Below the pieces are notes generated by a model. It was given only the letters and a program-made list of their open reading frames with translations. It searched no databases and was not told the DNA's origin. DNA of 64,000 bases, taken from NCBI GenBank assembly GCA_000092065.1, contig CP000584.1; one strand, 5' to 3'. This document shows positions 8,312-19,962 of this stretch, piece by piece; the stretch's first letter is position 1; each line of letters begins with the position of its first letter. The position numbers and the translations under genes were made by a program. This DNA comes from Ostreococcus lucimarinus. Taxonomy: Eukaryota.

Positions 8312-10219
8312 CTAGTCTACGATGCGTATGCTCGGCGGGTGATGCGCCACTGCGGGCGGTGCGGCGACGCGCGCGCGAGCGGTGCGCTCGGCGACGACGG
8401 CGACGGCGGGCGAGGCGACGACGGCGCCGTCAAAGGCGCCGATTTTCCAGTAAAACGCCGCCAAGAGGAGGACGACGGGCCAGATGAGCTCGAAGTTCGG
8501 ACTGCTGGCGCAGTAGACGCACAACGCGTGGATGTGTTGTGCGATGCGATAGATGACGACGGCAGCGCGCGTCACACACGGGACGAGGACGTTTCGCGCG
8601 GCGGCTCGGAGGGCGAAGTAGACGCTGCCTCCGGGCGTGGCTTCTATGGCGAGATCGACGATTGGATCGTCTTCCTCTTCTTTAAACGTCTCCAGACGCC
8701 CGTGCGGTCCTATCGAGACGTCATGAAGATTGACGTGCTCGTGTGTTTCCGATTTCGTCGCGCGTCGGCGCGCATCCGATCGCATGGGCGCTTCGCCGAC
8801 GACGGACATCGCGCGGCGATTCGCCGCCGGCCTTCGCCGCCGCGGACTTCCTAAATCTCCCGGTTCAAGGCTGTACACGGACGTCCCGTCGTCGGACATG
8901 TCGTCGACTCGACTGAGAATTTCGCCCAGATCGCTTTCGTCGTCAAACGCGCTGCCGTCTATTTGGTTCATGGCTTGCAGCCAGCGCTGCGTGGCGATTT
9001 GCCGCGACGCCTCTGAACGCGCGAGCTCGTCTTGAACGTTGGTGAGTTGTTCTTCAAGCTGCGCTCGACGCATGTTCTCATCGGCGAGCCAGACGATGAA
9101 TCGTTTACGTCCACCGACGGATCCCATTTCCTCCTCGTCCTCGTCTTCTTGACCGAACTGAAATCGCATCTCGTCGACTATGCCCGACATCGCGTTTTCC
9201 ACGATGGCGCTCAGTTCGTGATTGATGGCATCCGTGACGCTCGACACGACTTGCTCGCCCTCGCGCTTATTCGTCTGCAGCGCGGGCGAATCCATCGCGC
9301 GCTCTAACGCCGATTTCACCGTCTCCAGGACGAGCTTCTCGACTTTACCTTCCCATACCTTCACCGCCGCCGTCGTTCGCTCCAACGGCGTCCCGCCGTC
9401 TCTCCGCTCTTCGCCATCCACCTGCGAATTCGTCGTCACCGATTCCGGGGCGCCACCGCGATTCTCCGTTTCCATCACTTGCAACAACGTCGTGCGAAGC
9501 TCACCGATGATGTCCGCCGCCTGCGAAAGCTTCTTCTCTTGTTCGCGAACCGTCTCCTCGGCTTCTTCGGCGCGTCGCGTCGCGTCCTCGTCCCGCTCCT
9601 CCCCCGCCCCTCGTTCGTACTCGCTCAATTTCTCCTCCAACGCCCGTCGCGCTCGCCTTTCGCTCTCCACGAGATCGAACAGCTCCTTCACCGTCTCATC
9701 CAGCGCCTCCTCCTCCTCCTCCTCCTCGTCCCGCGTCGCCGGCGTCTCCGTCCCCCTCGCGCGCAATTCCTCCCCCAATCGCGCGTTCTCCTCGCTCAAC
9801 CGCGCGTTCTCCCCCCGCTCTCGCGCCAACATCCGCACCGCCCCCCCCGCACCGTCCCTCGCGCCCTCCCATCCCGCCCGTTCCCTCGTCCCGTCTCGCC
9901 CGTCTCGCGCGTCCCGCGCGTCCCGCTTCAGCGCCTCTTCCGCCGCCCGCGTGCTCTCCAGCACGTCCTCCACGCGCACGCGCGCCCCGACCGTTCGTTC
10001 GCCCGCGTTCGCGCTTCCCTCGCGCGTCGTCGCGCGCTTCCCTCGCGTCGTCGCGCCGTCCCGTCGCTTCGCGCGCGTCGTCGCGCCGCGCGTCTCGCGA
10101 TGGCGCGTCTTCCCCTCGTCGTCGCGGCCGACGAACGGGTACCGCGCCGACGTCGTCGGCATCGCGCGACGCGCGCGATCGATCGACGCGTCGTCGTCGA
10201 ACACGCGCGTCGTCCGCAT
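8312..10219 (-). CDS. Hypothetical acidic coiled-coil protein with a C-terminal hydrophobic segment
   Basis: A long Glu/Arg/Ala-rich heptad-like region (EEEEEEEALDETVKELFDLVESERRARRALEEKLSEYE...) is followed by a hydrophobic tail (IWPVVLLLAAFYWKIGAF). The start was placed at an internal Met (MRTTRVFDDD) because the first 100 aa of the track ORF are Arg-rich and would leave under 80 bp before the neighbouring divergent gene. Boundaries are uncertain. Confidence 0.35.
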   Translation of the reverse strand: MRTTRVFDDDASIDRARRAMPTTSARYPFVGRDDEGKTRHRETRGATTRAKRRDGATTRGKRATTREGSANAGERTVGARVRVEDVLESTRAAEEALKRDARDARDGRDGTRERAGWEGARDGAGGAVRMLARERGENARLSEENARLGEELRARGTETPATRDEEEEEEEALDETVKELFDLVESERRARRALEEKLSEYERGAGEERDEDATRRAEEAEETVREQEKKLSQAADIIGELRTTLLQVMETENRGGAPESVTTNSQVDGEERRDGGTPLERTTAAVKVWEGKVEKLVLETVKSALERAMDSPALQTNKREGEQVVSSVTDAINHELSAIVENAMSGIVDEMRFQFGQEDEDEEEMGSVGGRKRFIVWLADENMRRAQLEEQLTNVQDELARSEASRQIATQRWLQAMNQIDGSAFDDESDLGEILSRVDDMSDDGTSVYSLEPGDLGSPRRRRPAANRRAMSVVGEAPMRSDARRRATKSETHEHVNLHDVSIGPHGRLETFKEEEDDPIVDLAIEATPGGSVYFALRAAARNVLVPCVTRAAVVIYRIAQHIHALCVYCASSPNFELIWPVVLLLAAFYWKIGAFDGAVVASPAVAVVAERTARARVAAPPAVAHHPPSIRIVD

Positions 10220-10605
10220 CGCGCGCCCGCGAGTGCGCGTCGCGCGCGAATGAATGGAATGAACGAATGCGCGTCGCGAATGCGCCGAAGTGGTAAGTCC
10301 GTGTGTGAGACTTAGTCTCGAATCGTCGCGCGACCGGTCCGTGTGTGCGACTCGACGCGCGTGAGACGCGCGCGACGGCGGCGGCGCCGGCGTCGAGGCG
10401 CGCGACGACGCGACGCGGTGAACGAGTGTGCGCGCGGCGACGCGCGTTCTGAGAATACATCGTCCGAACTTGATCACGGTAATACGTGCGAGAAGGATCA
10501 CCGAACGTCGAGCGCGACGCGAGCGCATCGCGCGCGCATCGGGGCGCGGGGCGCAGAAGGAGGGATCGACGGCGACGAGAGCGACGCGCGAACGATACGG
10601 CGAGG

Positions 10606-12339
10606 ATGGCGTACCCGACGCTGACGAGCGGGGCGGCGATCGCGACGGTGGAGGCGACGACGCTGTTTTTTTTCGTCGTCGCGATGGCGTTCGCGGTGCG
10701 GAGGGAGGATGGGACGCGGATGACGGCGACTGAGTTCGCGAGGGCGGCGAAGAAGCCGAACGTGCGATGGATGTCGGCGAAGAACTCGCTGCCGTGGCAA
10801 CAGGTGGGGCTGTCGTACTTCGCGGGAGGTATGGGGGCGTGGGTGTACTACGGCACGACCGAGATGGGCGCGAACACGCGGTTGTCGTGGTGGGGGGTGT
10901 TCGGGTACTCGTTCGCGAGCGCGTCGCCGGCGATTTTGATGATCTTCATCGCGCCGACGATCAAGGCGTTCGTGGGCGACAAGAATGGGTTCTCGGTGAC
11001 TGATTTCGCGCTCACGCGATTCGGTCGTTGCATGCAACTCGTCGCCGCGTTCATGAGCACGATGTATCTGTTCATCTTCTTGTGCGCGGAAATTTCCACC
11101 ATCGCCAACGTCGCCGCGCTCTTCTCCGACGTGCAGGGTGCGGAATCCAAGTACTCTCGCGACGTCATTCTCGGCACGGTCTGCGTCATCACGCTTTCGT
11201 ACACCATGATTGCGGGTTTACCCGCGTCCGTGATCACCGATCGCGTGCAAGGCGTGATGATTACCGGTTTCATGTTGCTCTTCAGCTGCGTCGTGCTCGC
11301 GAAGAACGAAGTCACCGCGACGCAGATGCGCGCGGTGTCCAAGTCCACCACGAACGGGTTTGTCGTCATGATCACTCTGATCATCGCTACCCTCGGCGCA
11401 GAATTATTCAACGCCGGTCAGTGGCAGCGCGTGTACGCCGCCCGTTCCACGCAAGATCTTCGCAAAGGTCTCGCGTTGGGCGCCGGTATGATTTTTGTCG
11501 TCATGTGGTTCTTCGGTATTCTCGGTGTCACCGCCGTGGCCAAGTACCGCGCCGATTTCGACGACTTCTCCAGGCTCCATTACCTTGCGTTCTTCGAACT
11601 CGCCGAAGGTCTCGCAAAGGGTTGGCACGTAATCATTCTGATTTTTGCAACCTCGCTTTGCGTGAGTTCGGTGGATTCCATCCAAAACGGCTTAACTTCT
11701 GTGTTATACCGTGACATCTTGAACTACGATCTTCCAGCAAACTCGGTGCGAGTAATTTGCGCTGCGTTGAATGTCGGTGCCATTTTCGTCGCCGTCGATA
11801 AGATTGACGTCTTGTCTCTCTTTTTGATGGTTGACTTGGTGTGCGCGCTCGCCGCGCCGGCGCTCTACCTCGGTCTCATCCGCAAAGACATCAACTCCTT
11901 CATCATCGCACCGACCGAGCTCGGTGCAATCATGGGCGTTGTGTGTGGCTGCATCGCCGTCATCGTTCAAGGCGCCGTCCTCGATTTGGACGGCGCGTGG
12001 ACCGATAAGTACGGCGCGGTGCACTCCACCAGGGCCGCGGCCATGGTTAACCCGCCGATTGTTCACCGCGCGTGGGGTCCGTTTGGAAACTTTTGGCTTC
12101 CGGACGGCACAACCATCGAAGGCGGTGGCTTGCAAGCCTTTGGCGGCAAGCGCACTCTCCTCACGTTCATCCTCGCCGTCGTCTTCTCTGCTTTCGGTAC
12201 CATGTTCTTCTCTTGGCTCGACGTGTACTTTCGCGGCGAATCCGCCCGTAAACCGTTGATTAAAGTCAAGTTGCTCAAGAAGGGCAGGACAGGCATCGAG
12301 GAGAAACCTCTCGAGGCAGTCGAGACGACGACGGTGTAA
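10606..12339 (+). CDS. Polytopic membrane transporter, sodium:solute symporter (SSF)-like
   Basis: The ATG at 10606 gives MAYPTLTSG. There are about 13-15 predicted hydrophobic helices spread over 578 aa. Gly/Tyr-rich loops (LSYFAGGMGAWVYYGTTEMG) resemble SSF/DUR3-type carriers. The stop is embedded in TGTAA. Confidence 0.7.
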   Translation: MAYPTLTSGAAIATVEATTLFFFVVAMAFAVRREDGTRMTATEFARAAKKPNVRWMSAKNSLPWQQVGLSYFAGGMGAWVYYGTTEMGANTRLSWWGVFGYSFASASPAILMIFIAPTIKAFVGDKNGFSVTDFALTRFGRCMQLVAAFMSTMYLFIFLCAEISTIANVAALFSDVQGAESKYSRDVILGTVCVITLSYTMIAGLPASVITDRVQGVMITGFMLLFSCVVLAKNEVTATQMRAVSKSTTNGFVVMITLIIATLGAELFNAGQWQRVYAARSTQDLRKGLALGAGMIFVVMWFFGILGVTAVAKYRADFDDFSRLHYLAFFELAEGLAKGWHVIILIFATSLCVSSVDSIQNGLTSVLYRDILNYDLPANSVRVICAALNVGAIFVAVDKIDVLSLFLMVDLVCALAAPALYLGLIRKDINSFIIAPTELGAIMGVVCGCIAVIVQGAVLDLDGAWTDKYGAVHSTRAAAMVNPPIVHRAWGPFGNFWLPDGTTIEGGGLQAFGGKRTLLTFILAVVFSAFGTMFFSWLDVYFRGESARKPLIKVKLLKKGRTGIEEKPLEAVETTTV

Positions 12340-12558
12340 ACGACAAGATTCGTACATTTCAAGATTCGGAGACAATCCTTTGGATTTTTTCCACCTTTTC
12401 TCACAAGCGGAAGACTCAACTCAGACTCACTTAGACGTAGCTCTTTTTTAGTTGCTCAGTCGTACGGTAGGTACTGTAGCCTCACTTCCAATAATATTTA
12501 TATTTTCTACAAAACAAAGAATGTCGCTACTGCCGCGCTACTGCTACTATGCATGCTA

Positions 12559-14031
12559 CTATGTGTACTGATTTCGCTTCGAGAACGCGTCGACGAGGAC
12601 GTTTTGAGGCGTCTGCCATTCGGCGCGCACGAGCGTCTCGACGGTGCGCAACACGTCCTCTGCGCTCGTTTTCGTTGGATCGAGCTGCATCACAGACTTC
12701 ATGTGAGGCAATAAATTGGGATTCCCAGCAAACAAATATTTCACGATGGATTTAATCTTCCCCACCTTGAAGGTCTCGAGCTCTTGCGCCTGGACGCCGC
12801 TCCCGCGCTTGCCGTTTGGTTTATTTTCCGTCTTGAACACCTCCGCCGCGAAAGTTCTTAAAAAGTCAATCACGAGCTCGACTTCGAACTCGCGCTCGAA
12901 GACATCATCGCTCACTCGCACAACTCCTTGAGCGTCCCGCGAGACTGTTGCAGCGATGCGTCGAAAGATTAATGGATCTTGCACCGCCCCGCGACCGAGC
13001 ATGATGCCGTCCGCGTCGCTCACCCTGAGCAATTCAGCGGCGCGTTGCGGACTCGTGACGTCCCCATTCCCGAGCACCGGAATGTCCAAAACATCTTTCG
13101 CGAACGCGATTTCTTCCCAATTCGCTCGACCTGAGTACCCTTGCGCGCGCGTTCTCGCGTGTAGCGACACGAATCTCGCCCCCGCCTCGCGAGCCGCCAG
13201 CAAATTCTCCCGCAACAACGACGAATCGTCGTATCCGCTCCGAAGCTTCATCGTCACGTGCGCGCCGCTTCCTCTCGCCCCATCCGCCACCGCCTTCACG
13301 CACGCGTACACGTACTCGGGATCTCTCAACAGCGACGATCCCGCGCCTTTCCCCGTGACCACGTTCGCCGGGCATCCGCAATTCAAGTCGATTCGCGGCG
13401 CCGATTTCTCCGTCGCCAAATGTCTCGCCGCGAGCTCCAGCAACCACGGTTCGCTCCCCATGATCTGCGCCCCCAGCGGCACGCGCGCCGTCGCGTTGAA
13501 TCTCAACTCATCCGCGTCGTAATTTGCGCACAGATTCTTCACCAATTTCGTCGGATCCGCGCCGTTCGGCAGCGCGCCCGGAATTCTGATAAACTCTCGA
13601 CACGCCTCGTCGAAACCACCGGCGCCGTTCGCCGCGAGCGCGACGCGGAACCGCGCGTCGCCGAGCCCTTCCATCGGCGCCGCGAACGTCGGCACCGCGC
13701 CTCCGCGTCGACCGCGCGCGAACAGCGCGTCGTAGTCGAAGCGCGGCGGCGTCGACGCGCCGTCGGTGGACGCGGCGGCGGCGGCGGCGGCGCGCGTTCG
13801 AGCGTCGCGCGCGCGTCGCGCGCGCGCGCGAGGACGACCGCGCGAGGGCGACGATCGCGGCGCGCGCGAGGACGGCAGGGCGCGCATGCGGGCGCGTCGC
13901 GACGCCGCGCGCGTCGGAGTGTCGATTCGTCTGCCGAGTGTGCTATTTTGGGACGCGCGCGCGCGCGTCACTGCGCGGCGCGCGCGGCGCGTCGACGATC
14001 GAGGGCGGCGACGAGGCTTTAAAATTACCAT
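12559..14031 (-). CDS. tRNA-dihydrouridine synthase (Dus family) with an Arg/Ser-rich N-terminal extension
   Basis: Dus signatures are present: PMEGLGDARFR, IDLNCGCPANVV (catalytic Cys), VTMKLRSGYDD and HARTRAQGYSGRANWEEIA. The first ATG (cat at 14029-14031) overlaps the ATG of the divergent gene on the + strand. The true start may be an internal Met. Confidence 0.8.
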   Translation of the reverse strand: MVILKPRRRPRSSTRRARRAVTRARASQNSTLGRRIDTPTRAASRRARMRALPSSRAPRSSPSRGRPRARARRARDARTRAAAAAAASTDGASTPPRFDYDALFARGRRGGAVPTFAAPMEGLGDARFRVALAANGAGGFDEACREFIRIPGALPNGADPTKLVKNLCANYDADELRFNATARVPLGAQIMGSEPWLLELAARHLATEKSAPRIDLNCGCPANVVTGKGAGSSLLRDPEYVYACVKAVADGARGSGAHVTMKLRSGYDDSSLLRENLLAAREAGARFVSLHARTRAQGYSGRANWEEIAFAKDVLDIPVLGNGDVTSPQRAAELLRVSDADGIMLGRGAVQDPLIFRRIAATVSRDAQGVVRVSDDVFEREFEVELVIDFLRTFAAEVFKTENKPNGKRGSGVQAQELETFKVGKIKSIVKYLFAGNPNLLPHMKSVMQLDPTKTSAEDVLRTVETLVRAEWQTPQNVLVDAFSKRNQYT

Positions 14032-17000
14032 GAACGTCGCGCGCGACCGGCCGACGGTGGCGGAGGCGTACGCGCGCGCGCAGGCGCGCGTGTGCGCGAG
14101 GCTGCAGAGAGAGCAGGAAGTCGCGCGGGCGTCGAGCGCGGTGCGCGCGGTCGACGACGACGCGCGCGCGCGCGACCGCGCGACGGTGGACGTCGTTCGA
14201 GTCGTTGAACGGGGCGAGGGATCGTCGAGGCATCCGCGACGGGTGGCTCGAGAGGAGATCGGCGCGTGGCGGGTGCGCAGACTGGCGACGCGGGACGAGC
14301 GCGCGGCGGCGTACGCGGCGGCGTGCGTCGAACACGGTGCGCGCGTCAGTTCGAGAGTGCTGCGACAGTTGGAGAAAAAGTACGCCGATGTGGCGTCTTC
14401 GGGTCTGGGGTCGAGCGGCGCGAAGGCGATCGCGGCGGGCGTGGCGGAGAACGCGACGATGGAGAGCCTAAACGTGAGTCGGAATCAAATCGACGACGAC
14501 GGAGTCTCTGCGTTGTGCGCCGCGGCCGCGCGCGCGAAGGTTCTGCGGGCGCTGAATTTTAGTGAAAACAAAGTTTCGAGCGCGATCGCGCCCACGTGCG
14601 CGGAAGCGGTGAAAAAAATCAAGGTTTTGAATTTTTCGGCGTGCGGCGTCGACGACGCGTGCGCGACGGCGTTGTTCGCCGCTCTTCGGAGCAACACGTG
14701 CGGACTCGAAAGTTTGAATTTATCAAGGAATAAGTTGACCGATGCGAGTGGTCGATGCATCGGCGACGCCTTGGGCGCGGACATTTCGTTACGAGTTCTC
14801 AACGTGTCCTGGAACGCCATCGGCTCGGAGTGGTGCGCGCACGTGTCGCGCGGTCTGAAGCTGAACACGCGATTAGAATTCTTATCCTTGGCGTGGAACG
14901 GCATCGGTGACGAAGGTGGTAAACACATAGGTGACTCACTGAGCGTCAATCGATCGCTACTGGAGCTCGATTTATCGCGATGTCGATTGGGATGCGACGC
15001 GTCGATGGTCATAAGCGAAGGCTTGCGAACGAACGACGTGTTGACGACACTTCGACTAGATCACAACGCCATGGGCGAAGACGGCGGGCGGCACTTGATG
15101 TCCATGTTACTGGAAAACGATTGTCTCACAGTGCTGACGTGCTCGGGATCTTCTTTCGTGGACGTGCCGAAGAAGAAGAGGAAATCCACCACGAAACACG
15201 GCGTCGCGGCGTTCAATTCGCACAATCCAGACGGCCGATACACGCTAAATCTCGACGACACGGGTGAGCGCGCCATCGCATCAAAGTTGTGGCACTTAGA
15301 AAGCGAGAATCCTGGAAGCATGACGAGCGCTAAAAAGGTTCCTTCGGGTGTGGATGTGCTGGATGATTTCAAGCGCGAAGGCTTGAGCGGCGTCTCGCGC
15401 GGCGTGATCGAGATTCAATTCGTCACGAGCGCAGCGCGTTTGGCGAGACGGCCTGTGGTCATCGAAGACGAAGACTTTGAAAATATCTTGAGGCAACTTC
15501 GAAGCAATCGGCTTTCAGACTTCGAGCGGCTCAGTCGACTCATGCTGTTTTGCCGCAGCTACTACTTTGAAACCTCGCACGCCGCGAAACTTCTAGATAC
15601 CTTTATTCTCGAAGGCACCGATCGCTTACAAGCCGCCTCAGCTATTTACGCGCGCTTACTTGATGCTGAAAACGCTGAGAAGATGTTCACATCGAAGTTT
15701 GAGTTCGAAAAGCTTCGGAACATACTTGGTTCTTACGCACATTTTCGCGCGGCGAATCCCACAGGGCGGTACGATTTAAACTTAGCTGTCGACATAGACA
15801 GAACGATCGCTTCGACGATGATGGACAGCGCAACGTTCGAAGGGCGACGCCGAACGTGGCGAAACGTGCGATTGAATCGGACGCGAATCACGGATGTGAT
15901 GCCGTCAGGTGTTCCCGAGTCGCTCATGCGATGCATGCCAAACGTCGGCACGCTCGAATTCGATTACACGAGCAACATTCGCGCGTCAGAAAGCGCGATG
16001 GCGGAAACCGATGAGAAACTTCACACGTTTCTGCATTCAGTCGCAGTCTTGACCAACTCAACGAGCGAATGGGCGGCCGTGAGATCAGTGAGGGCGCTTT
16101 ACGCTCTTCGCGAGGCTTCGGTGCGCGTGCACGTGAACGCACGTCAATACCAGAGAGTATGCGACGCTTTTCCACCCGGTCCCGATCGCGTAGAGGCGGC
16201 CGTGATCTTATTCAATCGCGTGATCGACCACGCCAACGTACCCGCCGTCGTCGGTCGGTATTCAAGTTTCGAGCAAAGTATTTTTGGCGCTCGCATGGGA
16301 TGGAGAAACGTCCTCGGCGATTCGCCGCAGGCGTTCACGATGCACTACAGACTCGATCTGAACTGCGACGAGCAAGCGAGCGTGGCGAAGCACTTAGTCA
16401 GCGCCGCGGTGCGTGATTACAAAGACGTTCAAGTCATACGTAACGTCACCATCAACGGTCGAAGACTTCCTCGCGATCCCGTCGAGGACGACACCCTTTG
16501 GAGCGTGCTCACCGCCGAATCCTTCACCCCCGTGCTCGAATTCGACTACTTCGGCGCCGACGTCTGGGACGTCGTCCGTCGAGAGTTAAACATCACCGAA
16601 ATCCCCGACGAAAAGCCCGAGCGCGAGGCCGCGCTCAAGCGTCTCGCCTCCCGGCTCGCCTTCCTCCGAGCGTCCACCCTCCAGTGCGCCTGGATCGAGC
16701 TCGCCGCCGCCGACGCCGCCCTCCCTCATCCAACCGGCGACGCCTCGTGGCGCAAATCCTGGCACGAAACCCTCCGAATGATTTGTCGCACCGAGCACTC
16801 CCACAGCTCTAAATCTCCGCTCCGTCTCATCTTCGACTTCCTCGACGCCGACGGTTCCGCCTCCCTCTCCATCGACGAATTCGTCGCCGGCGCCTCGAGC
16901 GCCCTCGGCCGTCCGATCCCTCGCGCTTTGCTCGCGCCGTACTTCGACCCGCGCCACTTCACCGACGACAGGCACTTGGGCGTCGTTTCTTTCGACGTTT

Positions 17001-17032
17001 TCGAGGCGATTTGCGTGGAGAATTTCGCGTGA
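14030..17032 (+). CDS. Ribonuclease-inhibitor-like leucine-rich-repeat protein with a C-terminal EF-hand
   Basis: The ATG at 14030 gives MNVARD. There are about 9 RNI-type LRRs (LNVSRNQIDDDGVSALC..., LNLSRNKLTDASGRCIGDAL..., LSLAWNGIGDEGGKHIGDSL...). A long unique C-terminal region ends with an EF-hand-like loop (DADGSASLSIDEF). The track ORF begins 264 nt further upstream, and that part is Arg-rich and overlaps the Dus gene. Confidence 0.6.
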   Translation: MNVARDRPTVAEAYARAQARVCARLQREQEVARASSAVRAVDDDARARDRATVDVVRVVERGEGSSRHPRRVAREEIGAWRVRRLATRDERAAAYAAACVEHGARVSSRVLRQLEKKYADVASSGLGSSGAKAIAAGVAENATMESLNVSRNQIDDDGVSALCAAAARAKVLRALNFSENKVSSAIAPTCAEAVKKIKVLNFSACGVDDACATALFAALRSNTCGLESLNLSRNKLTDASGRCIGDALGADISLRVLNVSWNAIGSEWCAHVSRGLKLNTRLEFLSLAWNGIGDEGGKHIGDSLSVNRSLLELDLSRCRLGCDASMVISEGLRTNDVLTTLRLDHNAMGEDGGRHLMSMLLENDCLTVLTCSGSSFVDVPKKKRKSTTKHGVAAFNSHNPDGRYTLNLDDTGERAIASKLWHLESENPGSMTSAKKVPSGVDVLDDFKREGLSGVSRGVIEIQFVTSAARLARRPVVIEDEDFENILRQLRSNRLSDFERLSRLMLFCRSYYFETSHAAKLLDTFILEGTDRLQAASAIYARLLDAENAEKMFTSKFEFEKLRNILGSYAHFRAANPTGRYDLNLAVDIDRTIASTMMDSATFEGRRRTWRNVRLNRTRITDVMPSGVPESLMRCMPNVGTLEFDYTSNIRASESAMAETDEKLHTFLHSVAVLTNSTSEWAAVRSVRALYALREASVRVHVNARQYQRVCDAFPPGPDRVEAAVILFNRVIDHANVPAVVGRYSSFEQSIFGARMGWRNVLGDSPQAFTMHYRLDLNCDEQASVAKHLVSAAVRDYKDVQVIRNVTINGRRLPRDPVEDDTLWSVLTAESFTPVLEFDYFGADVWDVVRRELNITEIPDEKPEREAALKRLASRLAFLRASTLQCAWIELAAADAALPHPTGDASWRKSWHETLRMICRTEHSHSSKSPLRLIFDFLDADGSASLSIDEFVAGASSALGRPIPRALLAPYFDPRHFTDDRHLGVVSFDVFEAICVENFA

Positions 17033-17149
17033 TCGCGCGTCGAGATTTCATCAACCAGACGTTAAGCGCGGGCGCGGCGAAGAGCGACGCGCCGCGCGCG
17101 TTTCGAGAGCATCGCTTCGCCGCGCCGCGTCTCGCTCGAGCCACCCTGG

Positions 17150-19759
17150 ATGTGGCGACGCACTCCTCGCCTCGGCATCAATCAATCAATCGATCGATCG
17201 CTCGCTCGCTCGTCGACCGCGTCGGCCCTGCGCGCGTCGCGGACGCGCCCGATGTCGCGCGCGCATCAACGCGCGTCCGCGGTGCCCGCGCGCGCGCGCG
17301 CGCGCGCGTCCGCGACGCGGCGCGCGCGCGAGCGACCGGGACGCATCCGACCGGGACGCGGTGACGTCGCGGTCGCCGGCGCGCGAAACGTCGCGCTCGA
17401 CGCGTTCGGACGCGCGCGCGCGCTCGAAAACCGCGCGCGCGAACGATGGACGGCGACGAGCGACGCGCGCGCGCGCGCGCGAGGGCGCGGACGGGCGAAC
17501 GCGACGGGGGACGAGGACGTGGACGCGGCGCTGGCGCTGCTGGCGACGACGTCGTCGGTGGATGAGGCGATCGAGGACGACGCGATGACGACCACGGGGA
17601 CGAGGATCGTGCGCGTGAGCGATTCGGTCGAGCGCGGGGGGCGGAGATTGAAGAGACGGCGAAGGAGACGGCGGGACGCGTACGACGCGCTGCGCGGGGA
17701 GTTTGATAAACCAAAGTTGCTGCGATTCTTTCGACGACGACCGTTGCAAGTCGCGGGACGGTTGGCGACGATCATTCGAGTCGGACGACGGGTGATAAAA
17801 AGCTGGAAGAAGCAGGAGGATTGGGCGCCGGAGAAGCGCACGCGGGGGGCGGAGTTGAGAGCGGCGATGACGCGCTTGGGGCCGGTGTTTGTGAAAATCG
17901 GGCAGACGCTGTCGCAGCGTCCGGATTTGATCGGGGAAGAGGCGGCGGATGAATTGAAGTTGCTGCAACAAAGTAATGAGCCGTTTCCGGATCGGTTGGC
18001 GTGGAGAACGATCGTGGAAGATTTGGAATGGGATGGGCCCATCGCGCCGAATCACGCATACGTCGGCGTGAACCCAGACGCAAAGCCTTTGTTCGCAGAA
18101 TTTAGCGCGAAACCCATCGCCGCGGCGTCATTAGGACAAGTTTACAAGGCAAAGACGTGGGAAGGTGAAGACGTGGCGGTGAAGGTGCAAAGACCGAAGG
18201 TGATGCGACAAGTTGCCCTCGACTGGACGTGCTGGTCGCTCTCCCTTTCGACGCTCAAGCGCTTGTGGGGGACCACGACGGAGCTCGACGTCATCGCCGA
18301 TGAGGTCGGGCAAGGCGTTTGGCAAGAACTGGACTACACGCAAGAGGCGGCGCACATGGACGAGTTCAACGAGCGGCATAAGTGGTTGGGTTTCGTTCGC
18401 GCGCCAGAGTGGCTGCCGCAGTACACGGGACCAGAGGGTCGAGCGAGAATACTCACCACAGAGTGGATCGATGGCAATCACATCGCGGATTTAACTCAAG
18501 AGAAAAAGCTCATCATGGCGCAAATGGCGGTCGAAGCGTGCGTGGCGCAGCTGATTTACACTGGTTTTGTCCACGCGGATCCGCACGAAGGGAACATGAT
18601 GCTCGACAAAAACGACATGCTCGTATTTTTGGATTTCGGGCTCATGAGCGAAGTGGAGCCTTTCATCATGGAAGGCTTCGCAAAGGGCATTCAGCACATG
18701 ATTTCCGGGAACTGGGAGGGTTTAGTGTTGGTTTTCCAAGAGGTTGGCTTCACGCCAAAGGAAGGTTTCTTGAAGCGCGACGACCGCAGCGACACGTACA
18801 AACCGGCGACGTTGGAAGAGATGACGGCGGCGGTGGCGAAGACTTTGTCCTCGGAAGAAGGTGGTCAAAGTCGTTTTGGTGCGCTCGCGACCGGATTGGC
18901 CAAGCTCAGCGCGAACTTCAAGTTCCTGACGCCGCCTTACATCATCCTTCTCATCAGAACGTTTTTGACGCTCGAAGGCATCGCGGAGAAGGCGGATCCG
19001 AATTTTAACATTTACACCGCAGCGTTACCGTACGCTATTCGACGTGCCATGGCGCCTTCAACGCCGGAAGGTCAAAGAGCGATGCGCGAGACGTTTTTGA
19101 ACGAGTCCAACGAGTTGCGATGGGATCGCATGGAAGAGCTCGTGTTGAACGACACGGTGGACGAAGACGAGACACCCGCCACTGAAGTATCGACGACGGA
19201 TACCGAGAGCGACGTGTTCGGCGATAGCCAAGCGCTCATGGCGCAGCGCAGCAAAGAGGTTGTCGGTAGACTCTTGGGCTCGACCGAAGGTACCGCGTTG
19301 CGTCGCGTCGCGTTCGCGGCTAACACGGAACAAATCGTCGAGTACTTATCCGGTCCTCAAGGCACGGCGCTGCGCGCGAAGAGCATCAGAATGCTCAGCC
19401 GTACGCTCCAAGATCTTTGGACCGCTCGGCGTTTTGTGCGCCGAAATCCAGTCAAAGTCGCCGCTTTGCCGGTGTGGCCCGAATCCGACGAAGCGCGTCG
19501 CATTCGCGAACGCCAGGATCGCGCCCAAAAGCGCGCTCTTTCTTTTCTCTTCGGCACGCACATGTCGCGATTGATTCGCAAGCCCATCTTACTATTACGC
19601 GCCCTCGCGTTGAGCGCGCACATCGTGGCCTCCGCCTTCGTCTACGCCCTCGCGGTCACGGTTTGGGACACCATCAAATGGGTCAACGGTTTCACGCCTT
19701 GGGGATTCGTTTGGGCGCGTTTCGTCGCCTCGCGCTTGGACACATCCAAGCCCGCGTAG
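17150..19759 (+). CDS. ABC1/ADCK (UbiB-family) atypical protein kinase, probably organelle-targeted
   Basis: The ABC1 domain is clear: [51 protein letters not shown] and LDFGLM. There is an Arg/Ala-rich N-terminal presequence of about 180 aa (alternative start at an internal Met) and C-terminal hydrophobic helices. Confidence 0.85.
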   Translation: MWRRTPRLGINQSIDRSLARSSTASALRASRTRPMSRAHQRASAVPARARARASATRRARERPGRIRPGRGDVAVAGARNVALDAFGRARALENRARERWTATSDARARARGRGRANATGDEDVDAALALLATTSSVDEAIEDDAMTTTGTRIVRVSDSVERGGRRLKRRRRRRRDAYDALRGEFDKPKLLRFFRRRPLQVAGRLATIIRVGRRVIKSWKKQEDWAPEKRTRGAELRAAMTRLGPVFVKIGQTLSQRPDLIGEEAADELKLLQQSNEPFPDRLAWRTIVEDLEWDGPIAPNHAYVGVNPDAKPLFAEFSAKPIAAASLGQVYKAKTWEGEDVAVKVQRPKVMRQVALDWTCWSLSLSTLKRLWGTTTELDVIADEVGQGVWQELDYTQEAAHMDEFNERHKWLGFVRAPEWLPQYTGPEGRARILTTEWIDGNHIADLTQEKKLIMAQMAVEACVAQLIYTGFVHADPHEGNMMLDKNDMLVFLDFGLMSEVEPFIMEGFAKGIQHMISGNWEGLVLVFQEVGFTPKEGFLKRDDRSDTYKPATLEEMTAAVAKTLSSEEGGQSRFGALATGLAKLSANFKFLTPPYIILLIRTFLTLEGIAEKADPNFNIYTAALPYAIRRAMAPSTPEGQRAMRETFLNESNELRWDRMEELVLNDTVDEDETPATEVSTTDTESDVFGDSQALMAQRSKEVVGRLLGSTEGTALRRVAFAANTEQIVEYLSGPQGTALRAKSIRMLSRTLQDLWTARRFVRRNPVKVAALPVWPESDEARRIRERQDRAQKRALSFLFGTHMSRLIRKPILLLRALALSAHIVASAFVYALAVTVWDTIKWVNGFTPWGFVWARFVASRLDTSKPA

Positions 19760-19962
19760 CGACACCGCGATCGAACCCGCGATCACCACATCGATATTAC
19801 ATACCATAGATTTAATACGCAATAGACGCGACGCTCAATCCTTCCTCCCTCGCGCGTCTCGCGCGTCTCGCCTCGCGTCTCTTCGTCTCGCGCGTCGCGA
19901 CAGCCGCGCGTCGGTTTCAAACGCATCCGCACGTCTCGGCGCGCGCCGTCTCGACGCGCGTC

